IMG/VR virus record: IMGVR_UViG_3300014205_006828
Coordinates: 64,001-128,000 of that record
From: a virus
Lineage: Duplodnaviria; Heunggongvirae; Uroviricota; Caudoviricetes
DNA: 64,000 bases
Strand: one strand, 5' to 3'
Position numbers and translations under genes: made by a program. Of this stretch, positions 28,701 through 38,008 are shown in pieces. The notes under the pieces are model-generated. The model made no database searches, was not told the origin of the DNA, and saw only the letters and a program-made list of their open reading frames with translations. Within the stretch, counting starts at the first letter, position 1, and the number at the start of each line of letters is the position of its first letter.

Positions 28701-31700
28701 TCATCTCTACGATCAGATGAATTTAGAATCCAAGAAATTCCGATAGAGTGTTTTTGTCCAGCTGCCCAATTCTGAATATCAGCGCTGATTTGATATACAT
28801 TCCTTCGATCAGGCTGTATTAAACCAAATCCGCCGCGATCCCACACTTCAAATATCAGATACCCTCTGCCATCCTTGTATAAAGAGAAGCGGTTCTGTGT
28901 TTCATTCTTCCCGAAATCGAAGAAATAATGCTGATCGTCTGACATGAACTGAATTCCATCAAACGAAGTGCCAGGTATAACCGCACTATATCCATCGTAA
29001 CCATCTGGGCTTGCCATATCATAGCCGTCCAAACGAAATTCGAATTCTACTTTATCTAGGCCTGAACGTACGAAATCAGTCTCTTCATTAATGCTTTGAA
29101 TCAAATTCACATCATAAAATGAACCAGACGTAGTAATCGTTCCGGTATAAACATACCCATCAGGAGCATCCTTGGCCAAAACCTTCCAATGCTTAATATC
29201 TGTGTCGTAGTAAATGAATATACCAGTACATACAAAAATCAATGCCGGCAAACCCTCTGGGCTATGCTCATCTGTTCTATTTATTGAAAATTTTCCTGCG
29301 GAAGTCAATGTTGGATGATAGCACTTTGATCCAATGTAGATATTCTCGGCCGGTACCACATATCCATCTTTTAATAGCTCAAAAGTAATAGTGGCATCGT
29401 TATCAATACCATCCCAATCTGTCATAACGGACAACTCTAGAGTTCCCTCCTCCAGCCTTAGATTGTTGGAGATTGGAAGGGTCGCACCATCGCCAGCTTT
29501 CGTAACAGCAAAGCCTTGATCAAAGAATCCAGATGCCAAGTAAGGCGTCCCAAGAACACCAGACGGAACCTTGGCAAGATAGCTGACTCCCAGTGACCAG
29601 AATGCCGCTTCGACAATCTCTGGATCAATTTGGGTTACCCTAGCAATCAATTCCTTCATGGCAGGGATAGTTGGCCCAAGCGGGAAGGTCTGCAGGGCTC
29701 CCTGTAGAATATCTCGATAAATTTCGCGGTCTAAATCTTCATCAAAGACCTGTAGTTCTGGGATTTGTACTAGGGTTCCAAAGTTTTGCAGCAACGAATT
29801 TCGAAGAGCTCCAATTGAATACGTTACGTAATATGTATCGCCTTCATTAAGGATATTGCTGGTTCTATGATCGATAACATTGTCGCCCCACTCATATGAT
29901 ATTAAAATCTCATCAGTAACACTGGAATAATTGATAAAGAAATCTCCACGATTGTAATCTATGATTGGAGTAGCTTCTCCATTCATTACAACGGTATATT
30001 GCACATCAACTGCATCTCCTGGTACTGCAATATCTCCATTGAGATAGATTACGTTACCAAGAAAGTTGGTATATCCATCAACCAACTGCGCGCCATCACT
30101 GGTACGAATAATACTAGTGACACTGCCAATTTCAATGCCCGCCGAAACAAATGGGACAGTTATTGTGAGTGAGCCGCTGATTATTGTGCTGCATGTTTGA
30201 TCAACACTTCCTAGAGTGATTACGTTGGCAGAAAAGGTTGAATGTTCAGCGAAATTAAGCGGATCAGTATGATTGTTTAGATCGTAGCCGTCAAAGATGC
30301 CTCGAATCGTTTTGATATCATCAGTGACTGTGATTGTTCCGCTATAAACGAAGTAGGAGTTAAGCGAATCCTTGTTCGTGAAGCGCTCATCCGAAAAATC
30401 CATCAAACTTGGAGTTGGAGTAATGAATGCCTCGCCAAAACCAGTATAATCTAAGGTTTTTGAAGGGCCAAAGTTTGGATTAATGCTGTTATAAACCTCA
30501 GAAACCGAAATTACATGAGGATTGATTGGAGCAACCACAGGAATCTTGTACGAAACCGTTCCGATGCTCAAACTTTGAGAATTCGTAACACCAACATAGA
30601 TAAGTCCGGCGCGATAGTTGATTTGATACTGCCCAATCAACAACCGATTGATATTTACAGCTTCAGATAGCTCTTGCGCATCGTAATACAATTCTTTGAT
30701 AAAGATATCTGTCTGACTAAACCCAACGCTAGTGTTAAAACTAGATCCAATCACATCATCGGTGTTACCCATGATGTTTTGGTTTTCAATTCGTATTTTT
30801 AGAACGCGAGTACCTAGAATATTTGTAGATTCAGATTCTAGAATCAACGTTTCGTTCAAAACAGGAGTAAAAGAAGCTCTTTCGAAATTAATATCAGTAA
30901 TTCGTGGCGGAGTTCGGGAATCAAAGAATATTTTTTGGTCAGAAAATCTTCTAAGAGAATATATTTCTCCGGTTGTCTCGTTGTAGATCCTGAAAACATC
31001 AGTAACCGGAGAATGTAAGGTGTACAACGAATCAAGTGTAGCCAATCTGTTTTGGATACGCTCATTCAAGCTCTCAACATGTACATTTGCTACATAATCG
31101 ATATCCGGAACATAGGTTTGCTCAAATAGGTAGTTAATTTTTGCAGTTTTGGTTACCAGTTCGCGCAAAGGAGAGGCTACTATATCTATAAACTCAGGAA
31201 CATACGTGTAATCTAAACGTGGTATGTATGTTTTTCGATAGTAGTAATTCATTGCTGGAGGAAAATCTCCGGTACCATCATTCTTCACCGCTCCATAGAC
31301 GAAAATTCGGCCAGTTGCGTAATCTATCGAATATTCACCAGGATAATTTGGCAAACCGCCTTCACGATACGGAATTTCTCGCAAAAATGCCGGATGAGTG
31401 TTACGAAATGGGGTTTCAGAGTATGGATCTAGAAATTGAACACCACCAGATATAGGATTCTTATCACCTGAAGTCACTATAGGTGCATTTTTCAGAGAAA
31501 ACATCGTGATAATGGCCGGAGATGCCTCTCTTACAACCTCTACAACTTCTACAACCTCAATACTGGTTTCATCAACGACGCGCCCGAGAGACTTGAACTC
31601 ATACGATACTACAATCTTATCATTTCCGCTCGGAAGAACGAAACTAGGATCTTCTTTAAGTATGTCATTCAACTTTATTTGGTTATCAGCTAAAGTAATT

Positions 31701-32566
31701 AGACGACGACCAAACATAGTATCGTATTTTTGGTCCTTGATCTGATATCCAAGTGAACGAATGTCATATACAAACGTTCCGCCAGCAAAATATTGGATCG
31801 TTATACCTGTAAGTTTAGTAACTGGAGTTCGATTAAGCGTTAATATCAAATCATTATATGTTCCATTTCCAATTCCAAGTACCAACTGCTCATCCGTCAC
31901 AACATCGCGCTGAAGAGTTATAGGGTCTGATGGAAAACTATCAAATGTAATAACTCCATTTATCGTTTCATTAGTAGGACCAGCTCCAACTCGCCATATT
32001 TTGAAAGCTCCCTCTTGATTCAAGCGATCCCAAGGTCCAAAACTTCTGGTTTTCACCTCGTCTTTGATAAGAATCTCAAGATAGTTTGAGGATTTAACTT
32101 GACGAACATCTGATTGTGCTTTGTTTAGCAGATCGGCGGTCTGATTTAAAATGGAACGAATTATCGTTTCACGCGAAAGATCGTAGACGCTCTGTTGTCC
32201 ACCCAAAAATGTTACCAAATTATCGCGAATTGGGTTGTAATCATTCTCAGCTCCCAACACTTTAGCTATGTTAGTTCTTCCATCTTCAAGTAAGAACTGT
32301 CGCTCATCCAAACTTCTGAATTTGACAGCATTGGTAGATTGAAAAACTATCCTGTATCGTGCAAGAGGCGTCTGCGGAAGGGTAGTAATAATCAAAATAT
32401 CGTCAGAAACCTCTACTAGAAGAACCTCAACATCAGGAATATTCACAACCTCAGACAAAATCTGTATGTTCGACTGCCCGATGTCAGCTGCCAGTGCAGC
32501 CGAAAACCTTACCTTGACAGTTCTGCTATCCGCTGCATTTATGTCCAATATTCTGAGATTTGCCAT
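25721..32566 (-). CDS. Giant baseplate wedge protein (P2 gpI / T4 gp7 position) with Ig-like N-terminus and LamG-like domains
   Basis: Directly downstream of baseplate J; DREIYRDILQGALQTFPLGPTIPAMKELIA wedge-type segment; LamG-like GTLELSV..DW, KHSIGISW..MHLYVDG, GLIEFWVSP, WHRVRASF..IRLFVDG, FDNLKIS. Confidence 0.65.
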   Translation of the reverse strand: MANLRILDINAADSRTVKVRFSAALAADIGQSNIQILSEVVNIPDVEVLLVEVSDDILIITTLPQTPLARYRIVFQSTNAVKFRSLDERQFLLEDGRTNIAKVLGAENDYNPIRDNLVTFLGGQQSVYDLSRETIIRSILNQTADLLNKAQSDVRQVKSSNYLEILIKDEVKTRSFGPWDRLNQEGAFKIWRVGAGPTNETINGVITFDSFPSDPITLQRDVVTDEQLVLGIGNGTYNDLILTLNRTPVTKLTGITIQYFAGGTFVYDIRSLGYQIKDQKYDTMFGRRLITLADNQIKLNDILKEDPSFVLPSGNDKIVVSYEFKSLGRVVDETSIEVVEVVEVVREASPAIITMFSLKNAPIVTSGDKNPISGGVQFLDPYSETPFRNTHPAFLREIPYREGGLPNYPGEYSIDYATGRIFVYGAVKNDGTGDFPPAMNYYYRKTYIPRLDYTYVPEFIDIVASPLRELVTKTAKINYLFEQTYVPDIDYVANVHVESLNERIQNRLATLDSLYTLHSPVTDVFRIYNETTGEIYSLRRFSDQKIFFDSRTPPRITDINFERASFTPVLNETLILESESTNILGTRVLKIRIENQNIMGNTDDVIGSSFNTSVGFSQTDIFIKELYYDAQELSEAVNINRLLIGQYQINYRAGLIYVGVTNSQSLSIGTVSYKIPVVAPINPHVISVSEVYNSINPNFGPSKTLDYTGFGEAFITPTPSLMDFSDERFTNKDSLNSYFVYSGTITVTDDIKTIRGIFDGYDLNNHTDPLNFAEHSTFSANVITLGSVDQTCSTIISGSLTITVPFVSAGIEIGSVTSIIRTSDGAQLVDGYTNFLGNVIYLNGDIAVPGDAVDVQYTVVMNGEATPIIDYNRGDFFINYSSVTDEILISYEWGDNVIDHRTSNILNEGDTYYVTYSIGALRNSLLQNFGTLVQIPELQVFDEDLDREIYRDILQGALQTFPLGPTIPAMKELIARVTQIDPEIVEAAFWSLGVSYLAKVPSGVLGTPYLASGFFDQGFAVTKAGDGATLPISNNLRLEEGTLELSVMTDWDGIDNDATITFELLKDGYVVPAENIYIGSKCYHPTLTSAGKFSINRTDEHSPEGLPALIFVCTGIFIYYDTDIKHWKVLAKDAPDGYVYTGTITTSGSFYDVNLIQSINEETDFVRSGLDKVEFEFRLDGYDMASPDGYDGYSAVIPGTSFDGIQFMSDDQHYFFDFGKNETQNRFSLYKDGRGYLIFEVWDRGGFGLIQPDRRNVYQISADIQNWAAGQKHSIGISWILNSSDRRDEMHLYVDGQETPNLARYGNVPDVASYNRFRTVVPEQIVGVAFNNSIIGNDLVTIQGSNLVMSPSVNLSSLDDGYKIDILEQNFLTYVISMASGTQMTLNAPMPASLNNARFIINPPQFVVGTEIDIYKNIGVFVRDGYGVEREIPGTRAEIPSYSIDRNTLNQRIITIFDNVNAGDIVLIKTFGLNHRRSKDRVFTWSGSSILKTGLPPPINLDDVSIKTVILPLSSVGPGNADFIDGYFTTTFGGVELSYLVDDLGNYLIDDFGNFFVSEQGINLVDAFGNFIIDSFGNFISIGGAETSIIEISFTQPSNYIEGRQLEIRITGDNVDFTTPAIVIISGTSTISPSETLTFTKPGKQKTISKWKRVESIFVKVVPIDSTDDSVAIEVKEAYSVTEPDGNSLYPVIRFAYKTQAGGSLRSDGYGDFTIVSDPFGYFPASEVGQLLKITYPISAIGIYTIVERIDNTTIRLDRSVGGYFENGSYVTYNISIGRSGFQNGFIFLEKAGFTNDPYTLPPGWYDVDYASYLEVPFNPLTSEIGIIGNDITFSKPAKSILDEFRILSRQLTDTRIGETIGLNEESITTGATKVSPFIKNIDTLALFHFDKLPLVNDSDFYQFANKEYIQSGSSVNSRFGHSIVIKDKGLVFDNGGLLDTSNEGLIEFWVSPRYDTYNDPGIRVYFDAAANVIEETVSITKGRLKLSTRTNRILYVRLVTDTKLQGTNYFNGGIIDSDGKTLLLNSPLPYQNTPVKVAYVPSGVRGDRLTISKDGEGFICLTVNANGQEYQTRQPIFWPRDSWHRVRASFKFNRQDNKDEIRLFVDGEERGTLLFGQNGILFGQDLIWGQAAIGGVGNQIYRADINFTDTVQQFSVGQDFAGNFGAQARFDNLKISNRSIDPLIIAGQPRDIYYNTNIDFIYPSIVDAFTTFLLDFDKSVEKTEDFSVIHDPTFGLFNFGINIIDSFNIVTGDLRVQTVLEALINALKPAISKVGIQYVK

Positions 32567-32575
32567 TGCTACCTA

Positions 32576-35500
32576 TTATCTAGTCTCAATCTGTACCAAA
32601 ACCTTATTTGCTTGTATATATTGATTGCTCTGTGCTGTAATACTTAATACTTGTCCTACAACTCCATCTTTGTTGAAAGCCAAAATTCTAGCACGGTCTA
32701 CACCACTAACTGTATAAGCCACATTGATAAAGTCTGAGGCGTCTACCGTTGTTGCTAAGGCAGTAGAGTTCAGCGCATTGGTAATTGCATCTTTAACATT
32801 CTGTACTACTACAGCACTTGAAGTCTCAAACCCTCTAGATACAACAATTGCAATGGTTAGATTTACAAGAATCGGCACGGCAGCCTTGACCAAAACATCA
32901 GCTCCAATTGATCTGGTCTGTTCAATCGCAAATGTATTGTCAGTAATTACCTGATTGGCGTTGTAGCGTATTGTGATTCTTTCGTTTGGTTTTGGAGCTA
33001 AGTAATCGTAATATGCCGAATATCTAGTGCCTTGTATCGGCTGGTTTTGCGGAGCAATTGAAAGTGTAGCGGCTTGAGATGTGTTTGATGTAAATCCACT
33101 AGACACCGATACAACATCTACAAATGCAAAGATCTTTTGAGTATATAGATTTCCACTCTTGCTAAACGACACATTTTCTATATCACTGGTTTTGCTAATG
33201 TAGAATGTAACTCTTACCTTATCCCCAATCTTTGGTGAGTTGATATTATTACCAACTGTACTTGGAAGCTTGATTTGAGTTGTGCTAAGCGAAGTGTCGG
33301 TAGTAGCTTCAAATTTGGAAAATATATTGTCGCGAATTCCATACCCAAATACATCATAAACATGATCTACTGAAATTACCTCAGTTCCAGACATTTCAAC
33401 TTTTTCAAACCCAACCAAACTAATAATACTAACATTGTTTGGAATTGATTGGTTGCTGTTCAAACCTAAAGCAGATCGAATTAGTGGCGACAGATCTTGA
33501 GCCAACCCATTTGCCGTAGCCGTAAAGACACCATCAAAAATTCCACTAATGGTTGTACCAGAGACTGTGATAACTCCAGGCGAAATCGTACCGGCAATCG
33601 TAAGCTTCAATCGACTTGGAGCCTTTCGTAAGTTCATATTAACTGGCGGGGCTGGATCTGGAATCAAAGAAATTGGAATATCATATATATGTGTCGTAGG
33701 CTGGACACCAAATGTATTTCCGGTTCCAAAATAGAAACCGTTCTGGTTGCGATAAATCGGTAATTGAGATAATATAACTGATGGAACAAGTTGAGTAATG
33801 TTCGCCAGGTAATTTACCTCTACAATCTCCCCGGCAACACCAGCAGATTTAAGAAGGGTAATCTTGTTGTCACTAAAACTACCATTAATACCATCTTTAA
33901 TAAACAGATCTGAAGCATTGTATCTTACATCTACAATATCATCTATCTGAGCTGTTGTGTCAGTCGGAAAGAAAACAACAGATCCGCTAAAACTTCCGTC
34001 ATTTGCACCAGTATTATAAATTTCAGCACCGTTCGAATTAAGAACAACAGAAACAACGTTTGATACAACGGCATCAACAGCTACCCCTAATCGACCGTTG
34101 TACTGCTGCACCATTCCGTCCCCATCTATTCCAGTACCGATCTTCTCAATAAACGAATTGACAGACACAACGGCATTAATTGGATGAGTAACCAACACAA
34201 CATATCCGTCTAGTTCATAACTAACAATTGACTCCTCTCTCCGAACTTCATTTGAATATCCCCAATCAATACTATTTACAACTGAACGTATGTTGTTAGA
34301 TGTTATCTTGTTGTCAAAATCCCAATTCGGATCGTAGTCAAACAACCAAATATAATCTACTTGTAAGATATCACTGACAGCCGGAAGCGTCGATCCTGAG
34401 ATTGTAATCCTGCCGGTCGTATTGATGCTTCCACCATCAGGGTTTTGATTGGTAACCAGATAGCGCTCTCCGGTCGTTTGATTGAATACGCGAGTTACAG
34501 AAGTTAGTGGGTAATGAGATAATTGAATAGATGAGCGATCTGATGGAGTTATACTACTATTCTCATTGACAATTTGGATATTCTGCTTTATTCTGCTAAT
34601 AAAAGTCACATCAGAATAGTTAGTAGAATCCTGGCTATTGAACTTCCCTTTGGTAATATCTTCTACTAAGTCACGAATGCGGTCATCAATCCAATGCAGA
34701 CGATCAAACCCCCAGGGACTACCTGCATATACTCCAGTGTCTCGCAATAGTTCATAGTTTCCAGAAATAACTCCGGAAGCATCTACAGATTTTGGTATGA
34801 AATTTGAACCACTAGACGAGCCTGTAATTGAGATAATGTTTGTAGCAGGCTGGTTTGGGAGAGTTTGATTATTAATGTCATCAATTCTTTTGCGAGATAC
34901 TGTTTTATTTGTGTCTGCTTCAATTTGCCCAAGTACAAAATCATTAGAGGAATCTGTAGGGTCGTTCTTGTTGCTATGATCGAAGTATACAAACCCATCG
35001 ACAATCTCTGTTAGACGAAAACCATAAGCATATAAATCAACCTTACCTCCAGTACCCTCGGAGACAATAGTTTGAGTACCATCCTCTGCGGTGTGTACCT
35101 GAGTTCCGTCACGAGTCATTAACGAATCACCTGGCCCAACTATTAAAACATCAATAACATCAGGATCAGATAGAACGGTGTTCTTGTAACCTGTAGCGGT
35201 TCCTGTATTCGAGCCATTGAATACACCGAAAATTCTGCGCTTGAATGCCGAATCACTCTCGGCAGCTGACCCTCCCTGGAATGGAGCTGCATTAATAACG
35301 TGAGAAACTCCAGGAATTGTAGTGCGGTTTAATGCATAGGCCGAAATATTCCCTCCATTACCATTAGAAGTAGCCTGAACATTCACCTCTACAGCATACT
35401 GATCTGAAATTCCAACAAAGGACAGGGCGGCAGAATACTTAGAAGCGGTTGCTCGATAGGTATTCTTATTGATTACAGCCACGGTCATAGAGCTAATCAC

Positions 35501-35854
35501 TGTGAAAGAAGCTCCATTACTAGCCGTAACAATACTACCCTTAGTAATAGGTATATCAGCTTCAATGTTATTGAAAGTTAACACAGCTATGCCGCTAGAG
35601 GCAGTGCCCTGCTTACGAGAAACTCCAAAATTTGAACCAAGCGCATCCAGCTCAGATCCCATAGACAAGAACAGAGATTGAGCAGATTGAACGCTCTGCA
35701 ACTCTTCGTACAAACTGGCTAACTGAACAGCAGGGCCATCCACCAGAAGGTCACGAGCTACCTGCCCTGGTTTTAGGTCAAGTTGTTGCTGCGAAGTTCT
35801 GTAATAATCTATAATTGATAGAACGATATCATTTGCAGTCCTAACCCGTACCAT
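32576..35854 (-). CDS. Baseplate J-like wedge protein (T4 gp6 / Mu gp47 family) with a large internal insertion
   Basis: GSELDALGSNFGVSRK, IPITKGSIV, VQATSNGNGGNI, GGSAAESDSAFKRRI, and C-terminal ADVLVKAAVPILVNLTI...NVKDAI. Confidence 0.9.
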   Translation of the reverse strand: MVRVRTANDIVLSIIDYYRTSQQQLDLKPGQVARDLLVDGPAVQLASLYEELQSVQSAQSLFLSMGSELDALGSNFGVSRKQGTASSGIAVLTFNNIEADIPITKGSIVTASNGASFTVISSMTVAVINKNTYRATASKYSAALSFVGISDQYAVEVNVQATSNGNGGNISAYALNRTTIPGVSHVINAAPFQGGSAAESDSAFKRRIFGVFNGSNTGTATGYKNTVLSDPDVIDVLIVGPGDSLMTRDGTQVHTAEDGTQTIVSEGTGGKVDLYAYGFRLTEIVDGFVYFDHSNKNDPTDSSNDFVLGQIEADTNKTVSRKRIDDINNQTLPNQPATNIISITGSSSGSNFIPKSVDASGVISGNYELLRDTGVYAGSPWGFDRLHWIDDRIRDLVEDITKGKFNSQDSTNYSDVTFISRIKQNIQIVNENSSITPSDRSSIQLSHYPLTSVTRVFNQTTGERYLVTNQNPDGGSINTTGRITISGSTLPAVSDILQVDYIWLFDYDPNWDFDNKITSNNIRSVVNSIDWGYSNEVRREESIVSYELDGYVVLVTHPINAVVSVNSFIEKIGTGIDGDGMVQQYNGRLGVAVDAVVSNVVSVVLNSNGAEIYNTGANDGSFSGSVVFFPTDTTAQIDDIVDVRYNASDLFIKDGINGSFSDNKITLLKSAGVAGEIVEVNYLANITQLVPSVILSQLPIYRNQNGFYFGTGNTFGVQPTTHIYDIPISLIPDPAPPVNMNLRKAPSRLKLTIAGTISPGVITVSGTTISGIFDGVFTATANGLAQDLSPLIRSALGLNSNQSIPNNVSIISLVGFEKVEMSGTEVISVDHVYDVFGYGIRDNIFSKFEATTDTSLSTTQIKLPSTVGNNINSPKIGDKVRVTFYISKTSDIENVSFSKSGNLYTQKIFAFVDVVSVSSGFTSNTSQAATLSIAPQNQPIQGTRYSAYYDYLAPKPNERITIRYNANQVITDNTFAIEQTRSIGADVLVKAAVPILVNLTIAIVVSRGFETSSAVVVQNVKDAITNALNSTALATTVDASDFINVAYTVSGVDRARILAFNKDGVVGQVLSITAQSNQYIQANKVLVQIETR

Positions 35855-35909
35855 GTTACCTCAAAGATACAAAATAGCATATATCCACTGCTCCCAGAAT
35901 ACCGGATTA

Positions 35910-36338
35910 TTAGCTAGTTACTACAGCAAAGGAAATAGGTACGCTTTGAAAAGCTTTATTGATAACTGTCAAATTCACATAGTAATATCTAGGATCATCT
36001 TTGGCTTGGTTGACGTATACGTCTCGGATGATGGCAATCTGCTCTTGAGGAGTTACAATCTGGTTGTTCCTCATCTGATCTTGCTGAAGATCCTTTAGCC
36101 GCTCAATGCTTGCCTTGAGTTGTTGGGTGGCCACCTCCTGCGCAAAACTCAACTCGCTAGTACCAATCAAAGCCTGGCTAATGGGGGACCCATAAGAGGG
36201 AAAGAATGGGTTTGAGCCAAGTTGAGTGCTAACCAATTTAAGTATATCTTGAGTTAGCTTATCAGCATCTTCCACAATGGCAAAATCACCATTGGATATC
36301 TCTAGATCACCCCCAAAAAGTTTCAAGTCAAAGGACAT
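35910..36338 (-). CDS. gp25/GPW-like baseplate wedge subunit
   Basis: GDFAIVEDADKLTQDILKLVSTQLGSNPFFPSYGS, typical of the gp25 family; immediately upstream of baseplate J. Confidence 0.88.
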   Translation of the reverse strand: MSFDLKLFGGDLEISNGDFAIVEDADKLTQDILKLVSTQLGSNPFFPSYGSPISQALIGTSELSFAQEVATQQLKASIERLKDLQQDQMRNNQIVTPQEQIAIIRDVYVNQAKDDPRYYYVNLTVINKAFQSVPISFAVVTS

Positions 36339-36352
36339 AGTATTATGCGCAA

Positions 36353-38008
36353 TTATCCCTTACGTTGATTAGCCGCCACATTCCCAAAACCACTCTTTTT
36401 TGGGGATCCTCTCAAATCAGCTAATATTTTATCCCCCTGTGACAGAACATCAGAAATACGAGTAGCCAATTCATTATATGCAGCGGTGGCATTACCTATC
36501 TTTTCAGCTCGTTCCTTCGTGTCTTTGTTGCGTAATTCTGGAATAGAATCAAGTCTTTTAGCAGCAGCATCATCAATCAAATTCAAAAGATCTGATGTTT
36601 TCATTGACCAAAGAGATACATAAACAGCAATAATATCGATAAGTCCCAAGCCACTCACATCACCGCTCATCAATTCAATGGTCTTTAGAGCACTACTTCC
36701 TCTGGCCTCTAAGTTGTTTCTCTGTGACTCTTGCTCTGAAAGATCTTTTGAAAATTCGGCTGATACATTTTGGAACTCAGAAATGGTGAAGTCACTATAA
36801 TTCAAGGTAGAGTCATCATCATTCTTTCCAATATCTACTTGATAGTCAGCTAATAGGGATTTGACTTTTAGGCCTGAAATCCTTTTTTCAATTTCCCACA
36901 TATCCAAAAACTTTATTGGCTTTATATAGCTTGTTGAAACCTCAGTTCCAGACTCTGGCCCTCCAATTCCTGGTAATGGGGCCCACATTATTTTACTGCT
37001 AACCTCTTCCATTTCCTTTAGAGCTTGGTAATACAGCTTTATGATACCTTTGAATGTCTGCAATAATTCAAACACAGTACGTCTATCCACTAAACCAGTT
37101 TCAAACAATGCCTTGGCGTCTTGCTCAGTAACACCAAGTTCTATTAATCCGGTCTCTGTCTTAGCAAATTCAGGAGTTACACTGCCAACCGCACTTGCGC
37201 GCAAAAGATTATCATAAAGATTCTGTTCTCGAAGTCTAATGCGCAGAATAAATTCCAGACCTGGACGCGACACATATTTTCCGGACTCAAATTCAAGATC
37301 TTTCTTGTTCAAAAATGGCTTACCTACAAGAACACTATTTGATCCAGATTTTGGTTCAACATTATTCGCAATCACCAGATCTGTTATAAACGGAGCGAGA
37401 ATATGTGACACGGCTTCAAACTTATTCTCAATCACAGACCCGTCGGTATTAGAGTATATCTTATTGATGTATTGCGTGCGGGCAGGAATTGGTTTTGGTG
37501 TCGCATCCACAGTCACTAAATCCCCCGGTGTTATCGCAAACGATCGTTGCCCACCAGGTATAGCCATCGAAAGACTGAATATGGTAGTATCAGCACTAGG
37601 TGAAGAAAATACAGCTAACCTAGATTGTGCATCAAATTCTCGCCTTGCAATCACCTCTTTCAATGATTGGCTGATGTTTTTATTTATATCAGCTTGTTGA
37701 TCTTGATCCCTCAACGGAAAACCTGGACTAAATAGATTCCCATCAGCATCAATTGACGGAAGTCCAAGCATACGATAAAACGCATGACATCGGCTTTCTT
37801 GTGGCAGCTTAGCTGGGACTAACTGATTTTGAACCAAGTCTCCAACAACATTTGGTGTGGTAAAGCTGCGAAACATATCAATTGGATTTATGAATTTAGC
37901 TACCAAATTACCAATATCTAAATCAACAGAATTGGTGTCTTCCAAAGGATCTTTTGGAAGATAGTCTTTTATATGACTGCTCATCAAATCTTTAATAGTC
38001 ACATCCAT
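36353..38008 (-). CDS. Hypothetical virion protein (551 aa)
   Basis: Long ORF inside the baseplate operon; no recognised motif. Confidence 0.6.
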   Translation of the reverse strand: MDVTIKDLMSSHIKDYLPKDPLEDTNSVDLDIGNLVAKFINPIDMFRSFTTPNVVGDLVQNQLVPAKLPQESRCHAFYRMLGLPSIDADGNLFSPGFPLRDQDQQADINKNISQSLKEVIARREFDAQSRLAVFSSPSADTTIFSLSMAIPGGQRSFAITPGDLVTVDATPKPIPARTQYINKIYSNTDGSVIENKFEAVSHILAPFITDLVIANNVEPKSGSNSVLVGKPFLNKKDLEFESGKYVSRPGLEFILRIRLREQNLYDNLLRASAVGSVTPEFAKTETGLIELGVTEQDAKALFETGLVDRRTVFELLQTFKGIIKLYYQALKEMEEVSSKIMWAPLPGIGGPESGTEVSTSYIKPIKFLDMWEIEKRISGLKVKSLLADYQVDIGKNDDDSTLNYSDFTISEFQNVSAEFSKDLSEQESQRNNLEARGSSALKTIELMSGDVSGLGLIDIIAVYVSLWSMKTSDLLNLIDDAAAKRLDSIPELRNKDTKERAEKIGNATAAYNELATRISDVLSQGDKILADLRGSPKKSGFGNVAANQRKG

